Assembly: GCA_963973455.1 (NCBI GenBank)
Contig: CAXAZF010000009.1
Span: 36,984-100,983 of the forward strand
Reading direction: 5' to 3'
DNA length: 64,000 bases
Origin: an uncultured Flavobacteriaceae bacterium
Lineage (GTDB): Bacteria; Bacteroidota; Bacteroidia; Flavobacteriales; Flavobacteriaceae
The notes below the pieces were generated by a model. The model was not told where the DNA came from. It saw nothing but the letters and a program-made list of their open reading frames with translations, and made no database searches. Positions within the stretch are counted from its first letter, which is position 1. Every line of letters begins with the position of its first letter. Shown here piece after piece: positions 55,426 to 64,000 of the stretch. A program made the position numbers and the translations under genes.

Positions 55426-56517
55426 ATGCAACAACCCAAGCAACAAAAATCCGAACTCAAAAAATCCTGTGTCAATTGTGGGGCAGAACTTCGGTATGCG
55501 CCAGGCACGACAAGTTTAAAGTGTGACTATTGTGGTTATGTACAAGAAATAGAACCAGCCGAAACCACTTTTGAAGAACTTGAACTAAAACCATATTTAG
55601 AAAAGTTGGGTAGTCAATCGCATAGCGAGGAAATTACCATGTTGCAATGTAAAAGTTGCGGAGCTGAACAACATATTGAAGAAAACTATAAGTCATTACA
55701 TTGTGTCTATTGTGGCTCGCCACTCATTATTGAAGATGCCAAAAAAGAATCCTGGATTTTACCAGGAGCAGTACTTCCCTTTCAGATAAACCAAGGGAAA
55801 GCACATCAAATCTTCAAAAAATGGGTGAAAGGACTGTGGTTTGCCCCTAACGATTTAAAAAAAGCGGCCATCGACCCGCAATTTACCAAAGGGCTTTATG
55901 CGCCCTATTGGACGTTTGATGCTCAATTGTATGCTGATTATTCAGGGCAACGAGGGGAATATTATTACGTGACCAGAACCACAGGCAGTGGAAAAAATAA
56001 ACGTACTGTACGAGAAAGGCGTACCCGTTGGTATCCGGCTTCTGGAAATGTTTCAGGGTTTGTAGATGATACGCTAATTAAAGCTTCAAAACAACGCTCT
56101 GGAGTTATTCCTTCTAAGGTTGCTCATTGGAATTTAAAAGACCTACAGCCTTTTGACAGTAGTTTTTTAGCAGGTTTTGTAACCGAAAAATATACGATTC
56201 CGTTGCAAGACGGTCATTTAGGAGCCACTAAAGAAGCCCGAAATATAGCCGATAGTTGGGCAAGACGGGACATTGGTGGCGATACACAACGGGTACATAG
56301 CATCGATATGAAGTTAACCGATGAAACCTTTAAGCATATTCTGCTTCCAGTTTATGTAAGTGCTTATAAGTTTAAGGGAAAACGATATAATTTTTTCATT
56401 AATGGACAAACTGGTTCTTTATCTGGAAAACGACCGTACTCATTTTGGAAAATTTTCTTTTTCGTCCTTGGTATCCTTTTGATAATCGCTGCAATTGTAT
56501 ATATTTCTAACTTATGA
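55426..56517 (+). CDS. double zinc-ribbon membrane-anchored protein
   Basis: CVNC..CDYC, CKSC..CVYC, 'LLPVY','INGQTG', C-terminal TM. Confidence 0.75.
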   Translation: MQQPKQQKSELKKSCVNCGAELRYAPGTTSLKCDYCGYVQEIEPAETTFEELELKPYLEKLGSQSHSEEITMLQCKSCGAEQHIEENYKSLHCVYCGSPLIIEDAKKESWILPGAVLPFQINQGKAHQIFKKWVKGLWFAPNDLKKAAIDPQFTKGLYAPYWTFDAQLYADYSGQRGEYYYVTRTTGSGKNKRTVRERRTRWYPASGNVSGFVDDTLIKASKQRSGVIPSKVAHWNLKDLQPFDSSFLAGFVTEKYTIPLQDGHLGATKEARNIADSWARRDIGGDTQRVHSIDMKLTDETFKHILLPVYVSAYKFKGKRYNFFINGQTGSLSGKRPYSFWKIFFFVLGILLIIAAIVYISNL

Positions 56518-57239
56518 GGACATTAGTTATAGGCGATATACACGGCGGATTTAAAGGATTAAAACAGGTATTTGATGGTATGGAACTTAAGCCTGACGAC
56601 CGTTTTATTTTTGTAGGTGATTATGTAGACGGCTGGAGTGAAAGCGCGGAAACTATTTCATATCTAATCAATTTTTCTGAAGAACATGAATGTATTTTCA
56701 TCCGTGGTAATCACGATGCGTTGCTCTATAATTTTCTGAAAAAAGGCGACAACAACCCTACTTGGCTGCAACACGGTGGTGAGTCCAGTAAGAAAAGCTA
56801 TGAGAACCTTTCCGAAGGTGAAATTGAAGCCCATATTAACTTCCTCGAAAACTTACGAAACTATTTTGTTGACGAAGAAAACCGACTTTATCTACACGCC
56901 GGATTTACCAATCTTCACGGCCCAGAATACGAATATTATCCCAATATGGTGTATTGGGATAGAACATTATGGGAGATGGTTTGTGCGCTCGATAATTCTA
57001 TTTCAGAAGAAGATGATAACTACCCAAAACGCTTAAAATTATTCAAAGAAATCTACATTGGCCACACACCAGTTACTCGCGTCGGCTTTTCAAAACCCGC
57101 TAACTTTGCCAATGTATGGAACGTGGATACTGGCGCGGCCTTTAAAGGCACAGTTTCAGTGATAGATGCCGAGACTAAAGAAGTGTGGCAAAGCGATCCT
57201 GTATGGCAACTCTACCCAAATGAAAGCGGCAGAAATTAA
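56514..57239 (+). CDS. metallophosphoesterase (PPP-like)
   Basis: 'GDIHG','GDYVDG','RGNHD','GHTP','DTGA'. Confidence 0.9.
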   Translation: MRTLVIGDIHGGFKGLKQVFDGMELKPDDRFIFVGDYVDGWSESAETISYLINFSEEHECIFIRGNHDALLYNFLKKGDNNPTWLQHGGESSKKSYENLSEGEIEAHINFLENLRNYFVDEENRLYLHAGFTNLHGPEYEYYPNMVYWDRTLWEMVCALDNSISEEDDNYPKRLKLFKEIYIGHTPVTRVGFSKPANFANVWNVDTGAAFKGTVSVIDAETKEVWQSDPVWQLYPNESGRN

Positions 57240-57341
57240 GACTGTTTTGGGATAGTTTTATTTGTTGCTTTGTATCTTTACAAGTAGAGTAAAGTGAAGT
57301 TTTCTTCAGAAAAAACACCACATCTAAAAATTACAAAACGA

Positions 57342-58331
57342 ATGATTCTTAAAAATAAACGTCTTGAAGTCATGAAAACGGTTGAAAAATCGGTGGATGA
57401 CTACGTAAAAAATTATTTAATTCCGGTTGAAGAAATTTGGCAGCCAACCGATTTATTGCCTAATCTTCAAAGTGAAAATTACATGGAAGAGCTTACCCAA
57501 ATGCGGGAAGAAGCTAAAGAATTACCGTACGATTTTTGGGTAGTTTTAGTAGGCGATATGGTTACGGAAGAGGCTTTGCCGACCTATGAATCCTGGCTAA
57601 TGGATATGGAAGGCGTTGACCAACACGGAAGAGACGGTTGGTCTAAATGGATTAGACAATGGACAGGGGAAGAAAACCGACACGGAGATACGCTAAACAA
57701 GTATTTATACCTCTGCGGAAGAGTAAACATGCGTGAAATTGAAATCACTACCCACCACCTTATCAATGATGGTTTCGACATTGGTACCGGTCGCGATCCA
57801 TACCGTAATTTTGTTTACACTAGTTTTCAAGAATTGGCAACCAATATTTCGCACAAACGCGTGGGACAATTAGCCAGAAAAAAAGACAACAGGATGCTTG
57901 CTAAAATGTGTAAGCTTATTTCGGGAGATGAAATGCGCCACCATTTAGCCTACCGCGAGTTTGTAAAAACCATTTTGGAATACGATGCCAGTGAAATGAT
58001 TCTTGCTTATGAAGATATGATGAAAAAGAAAATTGTGATGCCCGCACAGTTTTTGCGGGAATCTGGCGAAGGACTTGCTTCAGCCTTTGAAAATTTCTCA
58101 AATGCTGCACAGCGATTAGGTGTTTACACCACCTTCGATTATATTGACATTATGGAAAAACTAAATAGTTATTGGGAAATCGACAAGCTGAACTCTTTGA
58201 CGGATGAAGCTGCAAAAGCCCGAGATTATTTAATGAAGCTTCCAGATAGAATGAAACGTATTGCCAACCGAATTTCCATACCGCAAGATCAAACACAGTT
58301 TAAGTGGGTGGAGAAGAATGGAATTGTTTAA
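57342..58331 (+). CDS. acyl-ACP desaturase
   Basis: Di-iron motifs 'TEEALPTY','EENRHG','QELAT','DEMRH'. Confidence 0.92.
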   Translation: MILKNKRLEVMKTVEKSVDDYVKNYLIPVEEIWQPTDLLPNLQSENYMEELTQMREEAKELPYDFWVVLVGDMVTEEALPTYESWLMDMEGVDQHGRDGWSKWIRQWTGEENRHGDTLNKYLYLCGRVNMREIEITTHHLINDGFDIGTGRDPYRNFVYTSFQELATNISHKRVGQLARKKDNRMLAKMCKLISGDEMRHHLAYREFVKTILEYDASEMILAYEDMMKKKIVMPAQFLRESGEGLASAFENFSNAAQRLGVYTTFDYIDIMEKLNSYWEIDKLNSLTDEAAKARDYLMKLPDRMKRIANRISIPQDQTQFKWVEKNGIV

Positions 58332-58392
58332 AAAAAAGAAAGGCTGCTTCGCTGAAAGGGCATAGAATATAGATTTTCTTAGTATCAAAATT

Positions 58393-58425
58393 AAAAAACC
58401 CGTTGCAAATTGCAGCGGGTTTTTT
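58393..58425. terminator. bidirectional intrinsic terminator
   Basis: AAAAAACCCGTTGC-AAATT-GCAGCGGGTTTTTT. Confidence 0.8.
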
Positions 58426-58492
58426 AGTCTATACTCTATGTTCTAACAGTTTTGCTGCTGGTCAAGCAGCTAAACGGTCTAACTTCTAACTA

Positions 58493-60046
58493 CTATAAAT
58501 CAAACTTGATTCCTTGCGCTAGTGGCAATTCAGTTGTGTAGTTGATTGTGTTAGTTTGTCTTCTCATATACACTTTCCATGCATCACTACCACTTTCACG
58601 GCCACCTCCGGTTTCTTTTTCACCACCAAAAGCACCACCAATTTCTGCACCGGAAGTCCCGATATTTACGTTGGCAATTCCACAATCTGATCCTTCTACT
58701 GATAGAAAACGTTCTGCTTCGCGAAGATTATTGGTCATAATTGCTGATGAAAGTCCTTGGCGAACTCCGTTTTGCAATTCCAATGCGTTTGATACATCAC
58801 CTTTATACTTCATAATATAAAGTACGGGTGCAAATGTTTCGTGTTGTACAATCTCAAAGTGGTTTTCCGCTTCAGCAATGGCTGGTTTTACGTAGCATCC
58901 GCTTTCGTAACCTTCACCTTCTAAAACGCCACCTTCAACAAGGATGTTTCCGCCTTCTTCAACTACTTTATCTAGTGCGTGTTGATAGTTTTTCACAGCA
59001 TCTGTATCAATCAGAGGTCCTATGTGATTATTTTCGTCTAATGGGTTTCCTATCTTAATTTGTTTGTAAGCATCTACCACAGCATTTTTTACCTTATCAT
59101 ATACATCTTCGTGCACAATTAAACGACGGGTTGAAGTACAACGTTGTCCACATGTTCCTACAGCACCAAACACGGCACCAATTACTGTATTTTTAATATT
59201 TGCATCTGGCGTTACAATGATTGCATTGTTTCCACCAAGCTCTAATAAAGTTTTTCCTAAACGGCCAGCAACTTCTTTAGCTACAATTTTTCCCATTCGA
59301 GTAGAACCGGTAGCAGAAATTAAAGGAACTCTTTCGTCTTTTGTCATCATTTCACCTACCGTATAATCTCCTGTGATTAAACAAGAAATCCCTTCAGGTA
59401 CGCCGTTTTCAGAAAATACGCGCGCAGCAATATTTTGACAAGCAACAGATGTTAATGGGGTTTTTTCTGAACCTTTCCAAATACAAGCATCTCCACAAAC
59501 CCAAGCTAAAGCTGTATTCCAGCTCCAAACGGCTACGGGAAAGTTGAAAGCTGAAATAATACCAACTACTCCAAGAGGATGGTATTGCTCATACATTCTG
59601 TGTCCTGGACGCTCACTGTGCATGGTTAAACCGTGTAACTGGCGAGACAATCCAACTGCAAAATCACAGATATCAATCATTTCTTGTACTTCACCTAAAC
59701 CTTCTTGGTAGCTTTTTCCCATTTCATAAGAAACTAGCTTTCCTAATGGTTCTTTTAAGCGACGAAGTTCGTCATTAAATTTTCTTACAATTTCTCCACG
59801 TTGAGGCGCAGGAAGGGTTCTCCACTCTTTAAAACCTTCAGTTGCTGTAGAAATTACTTTTTCGTAATCTTCTTTTGTGGTAGCAGAAACTTTTCCGATC
59901 AGTTTTCCATCTACTGGGGAATAAGAAGCTATTTCTTCTCCGCCGGAAAACCAGTTTGCACCGGTTGAGGTTCCGTTATTTGTTTCGTTTAACCCTAATT
60001 CTTTCAATGCTTCTTCTATCCCGAAGCTTGTGGCTACTGTTGACAT
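58493..60046 (-). CDS. aldehyde dehydrogenase family 7 (piperideine-6-carboxylate dehydrogenase-like)
   Basis: 'LELGGNNA','GTCGQRCT','HETFAPVL','GGEKETGGGRESGSD'. Confidence 0.9.
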   Translation of the reverse strand: MSTVATSFGIEEALKELGLNETNNGTSTGANWFSGGEEIASYSPVDGKLIGKVSATTKEDYEKVISTATEGFKEWRTLPAPQRGEIVRKFNDELRRLKEPLGKLVSYEMGKSYQEGLGEVQEMIDICDFAVGLSRQLHGLTMHSERPGHRMYEQYHPLGVVGIISAFNFPVAVWSWNTALAWVCGDACIWKGSEKTPLTSVACQNIAARVFSENGVPEGISCLITGDYTVGEMMTKDERVPLISATGSTRMGKIVAKEVAGRLGKTLLELGGNNAIIVTPDANIKNTVIGAVFGAVGTCGQRCTSTRRLIVHEDVYDKVKNAVVDAYKQIKIGNPLDENNHIGPLIDTDAVKNYQHALDKVVEEGGNILVEGGVLEGEGYESGCYVKPAIAEAENHFEIVQHETFAPVLYIMKYKGDVSNALELQNGVRQGLSSAIMTNNLREAERFLSVEGSDCGIANVNIGTSGAEIGGAFGGEKETGGGRESGSDAWKVYMRRQTNTINYTTELPLAQGIKFDL

Positions 60047-60141
60047 ATTTAAATAAGATTTTGTTCGCTAAATAATTGAACGCGAAGGTACACAATCGTA
60101 GTTAGAATCTGAAATTATGAGGGTCTCTTTAAAAAAAGCTA

Positions 60142-60678
60142 TTAATCTGCTGTAAACCGTTCGTCTGCTTCCATCACAGTCCCACAGTTATTACAGGTGC
60201 GAAGTTCTTTTGAGTTATAAAAATGCTTGAAGTGTTTCAGAAAATCTTTTTCAATATCATCTAATTCAAAATAGACCTCATACAATTTATTGTTGCAATT
60301 ATCGCAAAACCAAAGCAGTCCATCTTTTCCTTCAAGGTCTTTACGTTTTCGCTCTACAACTAAGCCAATAGAGTTTTCGTGCCTTACTGGAGAATGTGGC
60401 ACTTTTGCAGGATGTAAATACATATCACCAGGACCCAATTTCATGGTTTTCTTTTTCCCTTCTTCTTGAACGTGCACTTCTATTTCGCCTTCTAATTGGT
60501 AAAAAAGCTCTTCGGTTTCGTTATAATGATAATCTTTACGGGCATTGGGACCGGCTACAATCATGACAATATAATCGCCAGCATCTTTATAAAGGTTTTT
60601 ATTTCCAACAGGTGGTTTAAGTTGTTCCCTGTTTTCTTCTACCCATTTAGTAAGATTGAAAGGTTTTTTAATAGCCAT
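60142..60678 (-). CDS. nbaC: 3-hydroxyanthranilate 3,4-dioxygenase
   Basis: 'LKPPVGNK','GPNARKDYH','HSP','WFCDNC','CNNC'. Confidence 0.92.
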   Translation of the reverse strand: MAIKKPFNLTKWVEENREQLKPPVGNKNLYKDAGDYIVMIVAGPNARKDYHYNETEELFYQLEGEIEVHVQEEGKKKTMKLGPGDMYLHPAKVPHSPVRHENSIGLVVERKRKDLEGKDGLLWFCDNCNNKLYEVYFELDDIEKDFLKHFKHFYNSKELRTCNNCGTVMEADERFTAD

Positions 60679-60738
60679 AGCCGTATTTTTAGTGTTTTCA
60701 TAAAAATACGGCAAAAGCTGTAAAGAAAAAAGTGGGAA

Positions 60739-61248
60739 CTATTTTTTATAAAAAAGTTGTGTAAAATAATATCTTCCGTCAGGTGCTTGTATTACACCAA
60801 ACCCAGAGTGCGTATAATTACCTTCAATGTTGGCACGGTGACCAGGGCTGTTTAGCCAAGCGTTAACAACTTCCTCGGCTGTAGGATATCCAAAAGCTAC
60901 ATTTTCACCAACAATTTTGGCGCCTCTGTCTTTTAATCCTTTTTTTCTAACATCAAAATGATCGTGGTTGATTTCCTCAAGGTCGATCATATAAAAAGTA
61001 TGGTCTACCGCATAAGCAGAAGCATATTGTTGATCGCGCTTAAGTGTGGAAAGTCCTTGGGAAGTCCTGTGCTGGTTTACAAGATCTAAAATCTCATTTG
61101 CCATTTGCCAATCAGTTTCGTTGGCAAGGTTCACATCAATTGAATAATCTGCAGTTTCCTCTTCAATAACTGCTGTGTCGTCTTTGCTACAAGAACTCAC
61201 AGTACAAAATAGTACCATGGCCAGTAGGCTAGTTTTTAGTAGATTCAT
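60739..61248 (-). CDS. CAP-domain lipoprotein
   Basis: Lipobox VSSC; 'GENVAFGY','WLNSPGHRANI'. Confidence 0.88.
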   Translation of the reverse strand: MNLLKTSLLAMVLFCTVSSCSKDDTAVIEEETADYSIDVNLANETDWQMANEILDLVNQHRTSQGLSTLKRDQQYASAYAVDHTFYMIDLEEINHDHFDVRKKGLKDRGAKIVGENVAFGYPTAEEVVNAWLNSPGHRANIEGNYTHSGFGVIQAPDGRYYFTQLFYKK

Positions 61249-61454
61249 AAGTCGGGGGGCATCAAATTTGGGGCATGATGCTGAGTCAAATATAGAAAAA
61301 AACTTACAAAAAAATACACTTAATCGATTTTAATGTGCAGTTAATCGATTATTAACATTATTTTTATGATTCTGAAACTTCGTTAAAAAAGCTGTCAGCT
61401 TCTATAAACATTAGAATTTCCATTATATTCGTATATCCTAAAACTGAATGCCTT

Positions 61455-62525
61455 ATGAAAAAAATTTTAACACTTTTAATCATATTTTTTGTGCTTTTCA
61501 GCTGTAAAAATGAAAAAATAAAGTCAGAAAATTCTGATAAATTGACCAAAAATGAACAAAACGAAACACCCACTTTCGGAATTGTAATACATGGAGGAGC
61601 CGGAACCATCCTCAAGAAAAACATGAGCGATTCGCTTGAAAACGCATATAAAGAAAAATTAGAAGAAGCTATTACAGTAGGACATACAGTTTTAAAAAAT
61701 GGTGGCTCTGCTATGGAAGCCGTTACCAAAACCATCAATGTTATGGAAAACTCTCCTTTATTCAATGCTGGAAAAGGAGCTGTATTTACCCACGAAGAAA
61801 CAAATGAACTAGATGCTTCGGTAATGGATGGTGCTACCTTGAATGCTGGAGCCGTTGCAGGGGTAACCCATATTAAAAACCCAATAGATTTAGCGTTAGC
61901 AGTTATGAATAATTCACCACACGTAATGCTTAGCGGAAAAGGAGCCGAACGCTTTGCCGAAGAACAAGGATTTGAGCTTGTAGACCCCGCATATTTCTAC
62001 ACCGAAAAAAGGTTTCAATCGTTACAGCGAATCAAGGACAAAGAAAAAGCTGAATTAGATCACGACTCTAAAGTTTCATTTGCCGAAGATCCTTTCATTA
62101 AAGATTCAAAATTTGGAACTGTGGGTTGTGCAGCCCTTGACAAAAACGGAGACTTGGCTGCTGGAACTTCAACTGGTGGAATGACCAACAAACGCTGGAA
62201 TCGTATTGGCGATGCTCCAATCATTGGTGCCGGAACCTATGCCAACAATGCTACGTGCGCGGTTTCTTCTACCGGTTGGGGTGAATATTTTATTCGCGGA
62301 ATGGTTGCTCATGATATTTCAGCGATGATGGAATACAAAGAAATTACATTACAGGAAGCTGCGGAAGAGGTTATTCAAAAAAAGTTGCCCGATTTAGGAG
62401 GAGATGGTGGTATTATTGCCATTGACAAAAATGGAAATGTCTCTATGGAATTCAATACCGCTGGTATGTATCGTGCTCATATGAATGCAGAAGGCGATTT
62501 AAAAATAGGTATTTACAATGAGTAA
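61455..62525 (+). CDS. iaaA: isoaspartyl peptidase/L-asparaginase (Ntn hydrolase) with lipoprotein signal
   Basis: 'IVIHGGAG','FNAGKG','GTVGC','TSTGG','RIGD'. Confidence 0.92.
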   Translation: MKKILTLLIIFFVLFSCKNEKIKSENSDKLTKNEQNETPTFGIVIHGGAGTILKKNMSDSLENAYKEKLEEAITVGHTVLKNGGSAMEAVTKTINVMENSPLFNAGKGAVFTHEETNELDASVMDGATLNAGAVAGVTHIKNPIDLALAVMNNSPHVMLSGKGAERFAEEQGFELVDPAYFYTEKRFQSLQRIKDKEKAELDHDSKVSFAEDPFIKDSKFGTVGCAALDKNGDLAAGTSTGGMTNKRWNRIGDAPIIGAGTYANNATCAVSSTGWGEYFIRGMVAHDISAMMEYKEITLQEAAEEVIQKKLPDLGGDGGIIAIDKNGNVSMEFNTAGMYRAHMNAEGDLKIGIYNE

Positions 62526-62829
62526 TAAAGGTTCATCGTACTACGCAGTTATCTTTACCAGTCAGCAAACTGAAACAATAGAAGGATATGATGATATGGC
62601 TCAAACCATGGAAAACCTTGCAAAACAACAACCAGGGTATTTAGGCATTGAAAGTGCTCGATCTGAAATAGGGATAACCGTAAGTTATTGGAAAAACCTT
62701 GAAGCCATTAAAAATTGGAAAGCAAACCTAGATCACCAAATGGCTCAAAAAATAGGTAGAAAACAGTGGTATGCTTGGTACAAAGTACGAATTTGTAAAG
62801 TAGAGCGGGAATATGAATTTAATATGTAG
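62518..62829 (+). CDS. antibiotic biosynthesis monooxygenase family protein
   Basis: 'YYAVIFTS','QPGYLGIES','ITVSYW'. Confidence 0.85.
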   Translation: MSNKGSSYYAVIFTSQQTETIEGYDDMAQTMENLAKQQPGYLGIESARSEIGITVSYWKNLEAIKNWKANLDHQMAQKIGRKQWYAWYKVRICKVEREYEFNM

Positions 62830-63083
62830 CCTTTAGATAAAATTATAATCCGCTACCCCCTTATCTCGTGTTCTAAGCAAAGTATTGTTAAACTCTTGCT
62901 AAATGTTAAAATTAAAAATACGAAGCTAAAACGTTTCCCCGTTTCATTAAAAGCTCCCTTCCAACATTTTATCAAAAAATGAAATCCCCTGAAAACAAGG
63001 GTTTTTATGCCTTTAAAATAGCAACATTTGTTTGTTGTTAGCTCGCATTCTTTTTAATTTTAAGAACACTAAAACCATCAATT

Positions 63084-64000
63084 ATGAAAAAGCTGCATTG
63101 TTTGTTCGCTCTATTCGCTATCATATTTCTTCTTGCTTGCGGGGATAAAGAGCATTCAGAAACCGATAATCTTTTTAAGTTTAAAGATTATATTTCATAC
63201 AATACCTACGGGAATAAAAGCATTGCAGAGCCCATTCGTATCGAACTCCAACAACCGCTGGAGCAATTTGAACTCACACAAGAAACTGATACAGATTACC
63301 TAAAAATTTCGCCTTCAACCAAAGGAAAACTCGTGATTGAAAACGGAAGAACGTTGGTTTTTACACCTACCGAATACCTAAAACCAGATACCGAATATAC
63401 AGTCACCGTAAAGCTGAACAAACTCTATGACGAAGTAGAAAAAGATTTTAAAGAGTACACTTTCAGTTTTAAAACCATTACGCCCAATTTTAAAGTCGAT
63501 TTAGGAAACCTGCAATCGTACAGCAAAAAATGGCAATATGTAAATGGAAGCATAGAAACATCAGATGTTATTACGTTGGAAAAAGCTAAAAAGCTGGTTT
63601 CGGTACAACAAGGCAATAAAAACTTGAAGCTTCAATGGCCTTCGGAAGGGGAGTATGCAAAATATTTCAGCTTTACTATTGATAGTATTCAACGGAAGAT
63701 AGACGATTCAGAAATTGAAATAAGCTGGAATGGCGATGCGATAGATTCTAAAACAAAAGGTGAAAACACCTTCAAAATTCCTGGTCAGAACAATTTTACA
63801 GTCGTTGATGTAGAAAGCACCCTTTCACCACAAACCTCGCTTTCTATTAATTTTTCTGATCCGTTGAAAGAAAATCAGGATTTTGCAGGGTTGGTAACTA
63901 TTGATAGCATTCAAAGCCTTCGTTTTGAAGTAAACGGTAACGTCCTGAATATCTATCCAAACACACGAATTACCGGTGATGCCAGGGTAACCATTTTCAA
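63084..64000 (+). CDS. alpha-2-macroglobulin family lipoprotein, 5' part (runs off window; not in ORF track)
   Basis: MKKLHCLFALFAIIFLLACGDK lipobox; 'ISPSTKGKL...TLVFTPTEYLKPDTEYTV'; 'INFSDPL'. Confidence 0.8.
   Translation, partial: MKKLHCLFALFAIIFLLACGDKEHSETDNLFKFKDYISYNTYGNKSIAEPIRIELQQPLEQFELTQETDTDYLKISPSTKGKLVIENGRTLVFTPTEYLKPDTEYTVTVKLNKLYDEVEKDFKEYTFSFKTITPNFKVDLGNLQSYSKKWQYVNGSIETSDVITLEKAKKLVSVQQGNKNLKLQWPSEGEYAKYFSFTIDSIQRKIDDSEIEISWNGDAIDSKTKGENTFKIPGQNNFTVVDVESTLSPQTSLSINFSDPLKENQDFAGLVTIDSIQSLRFEVNGNVLNIYPNTRITGDARVTIF

Overview
Positions 1 to ~34,660 are the right-hand part of a Mu-like transposable myovirus prophage in a Flavobacteriaceae-type (Bacteroidetes) chromosome. 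It carries the transposase C-terminus, a MuB-like ATPase and a long early/accessory operon of small genes. A minus-strand terminase/portal/head-completion block diverges from a plus-strand block of protease, capsid, endolysin and spanin, contractile tail, baseplate and depolymerase fibre. The prophage ends with a Dam-like methylase and a repeat-bearing right end. Positions ~34,745-64,000 are ordinary host genes: gpsA, pheS, cvpA, SulP plus carbonic anhydrase, the moxR-DUF58-batABCDE operon, lipoproteins, an SDR, an AlbA_2/SPFH/Zn-ribbon/phosphatase cluster, acyl-ACP desaturase, ALDH7, 3-HAO, isoaspartyl peptidase and the 5' part of an alpha-2-macroglobulin. The most unusual observations are all in the prophage. 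(1) A holin-like TM-coiled-coil protein is fused to a stand-alone PAS domain and followed by a small 2-TM protein, while the endolysin/spanin cassette elsewhere lacks a holin. (2) A 107-nt tRNA-like element with intact acceptor, D and T arms but no canonical anticodon arm ends a highly structured intergenic region. (3) An A10 slippery run would fuse the portal to the Mu gpF-like protein. (4) A pseudoknotted hairpin lies directly before the methylase. (5) A rod-like GC-rich hairpin sits in the early operon. (6) There is an outer-membrane beta-barrel moron. All family assignments come from motif recognition by eye; no database search or folding program was run.
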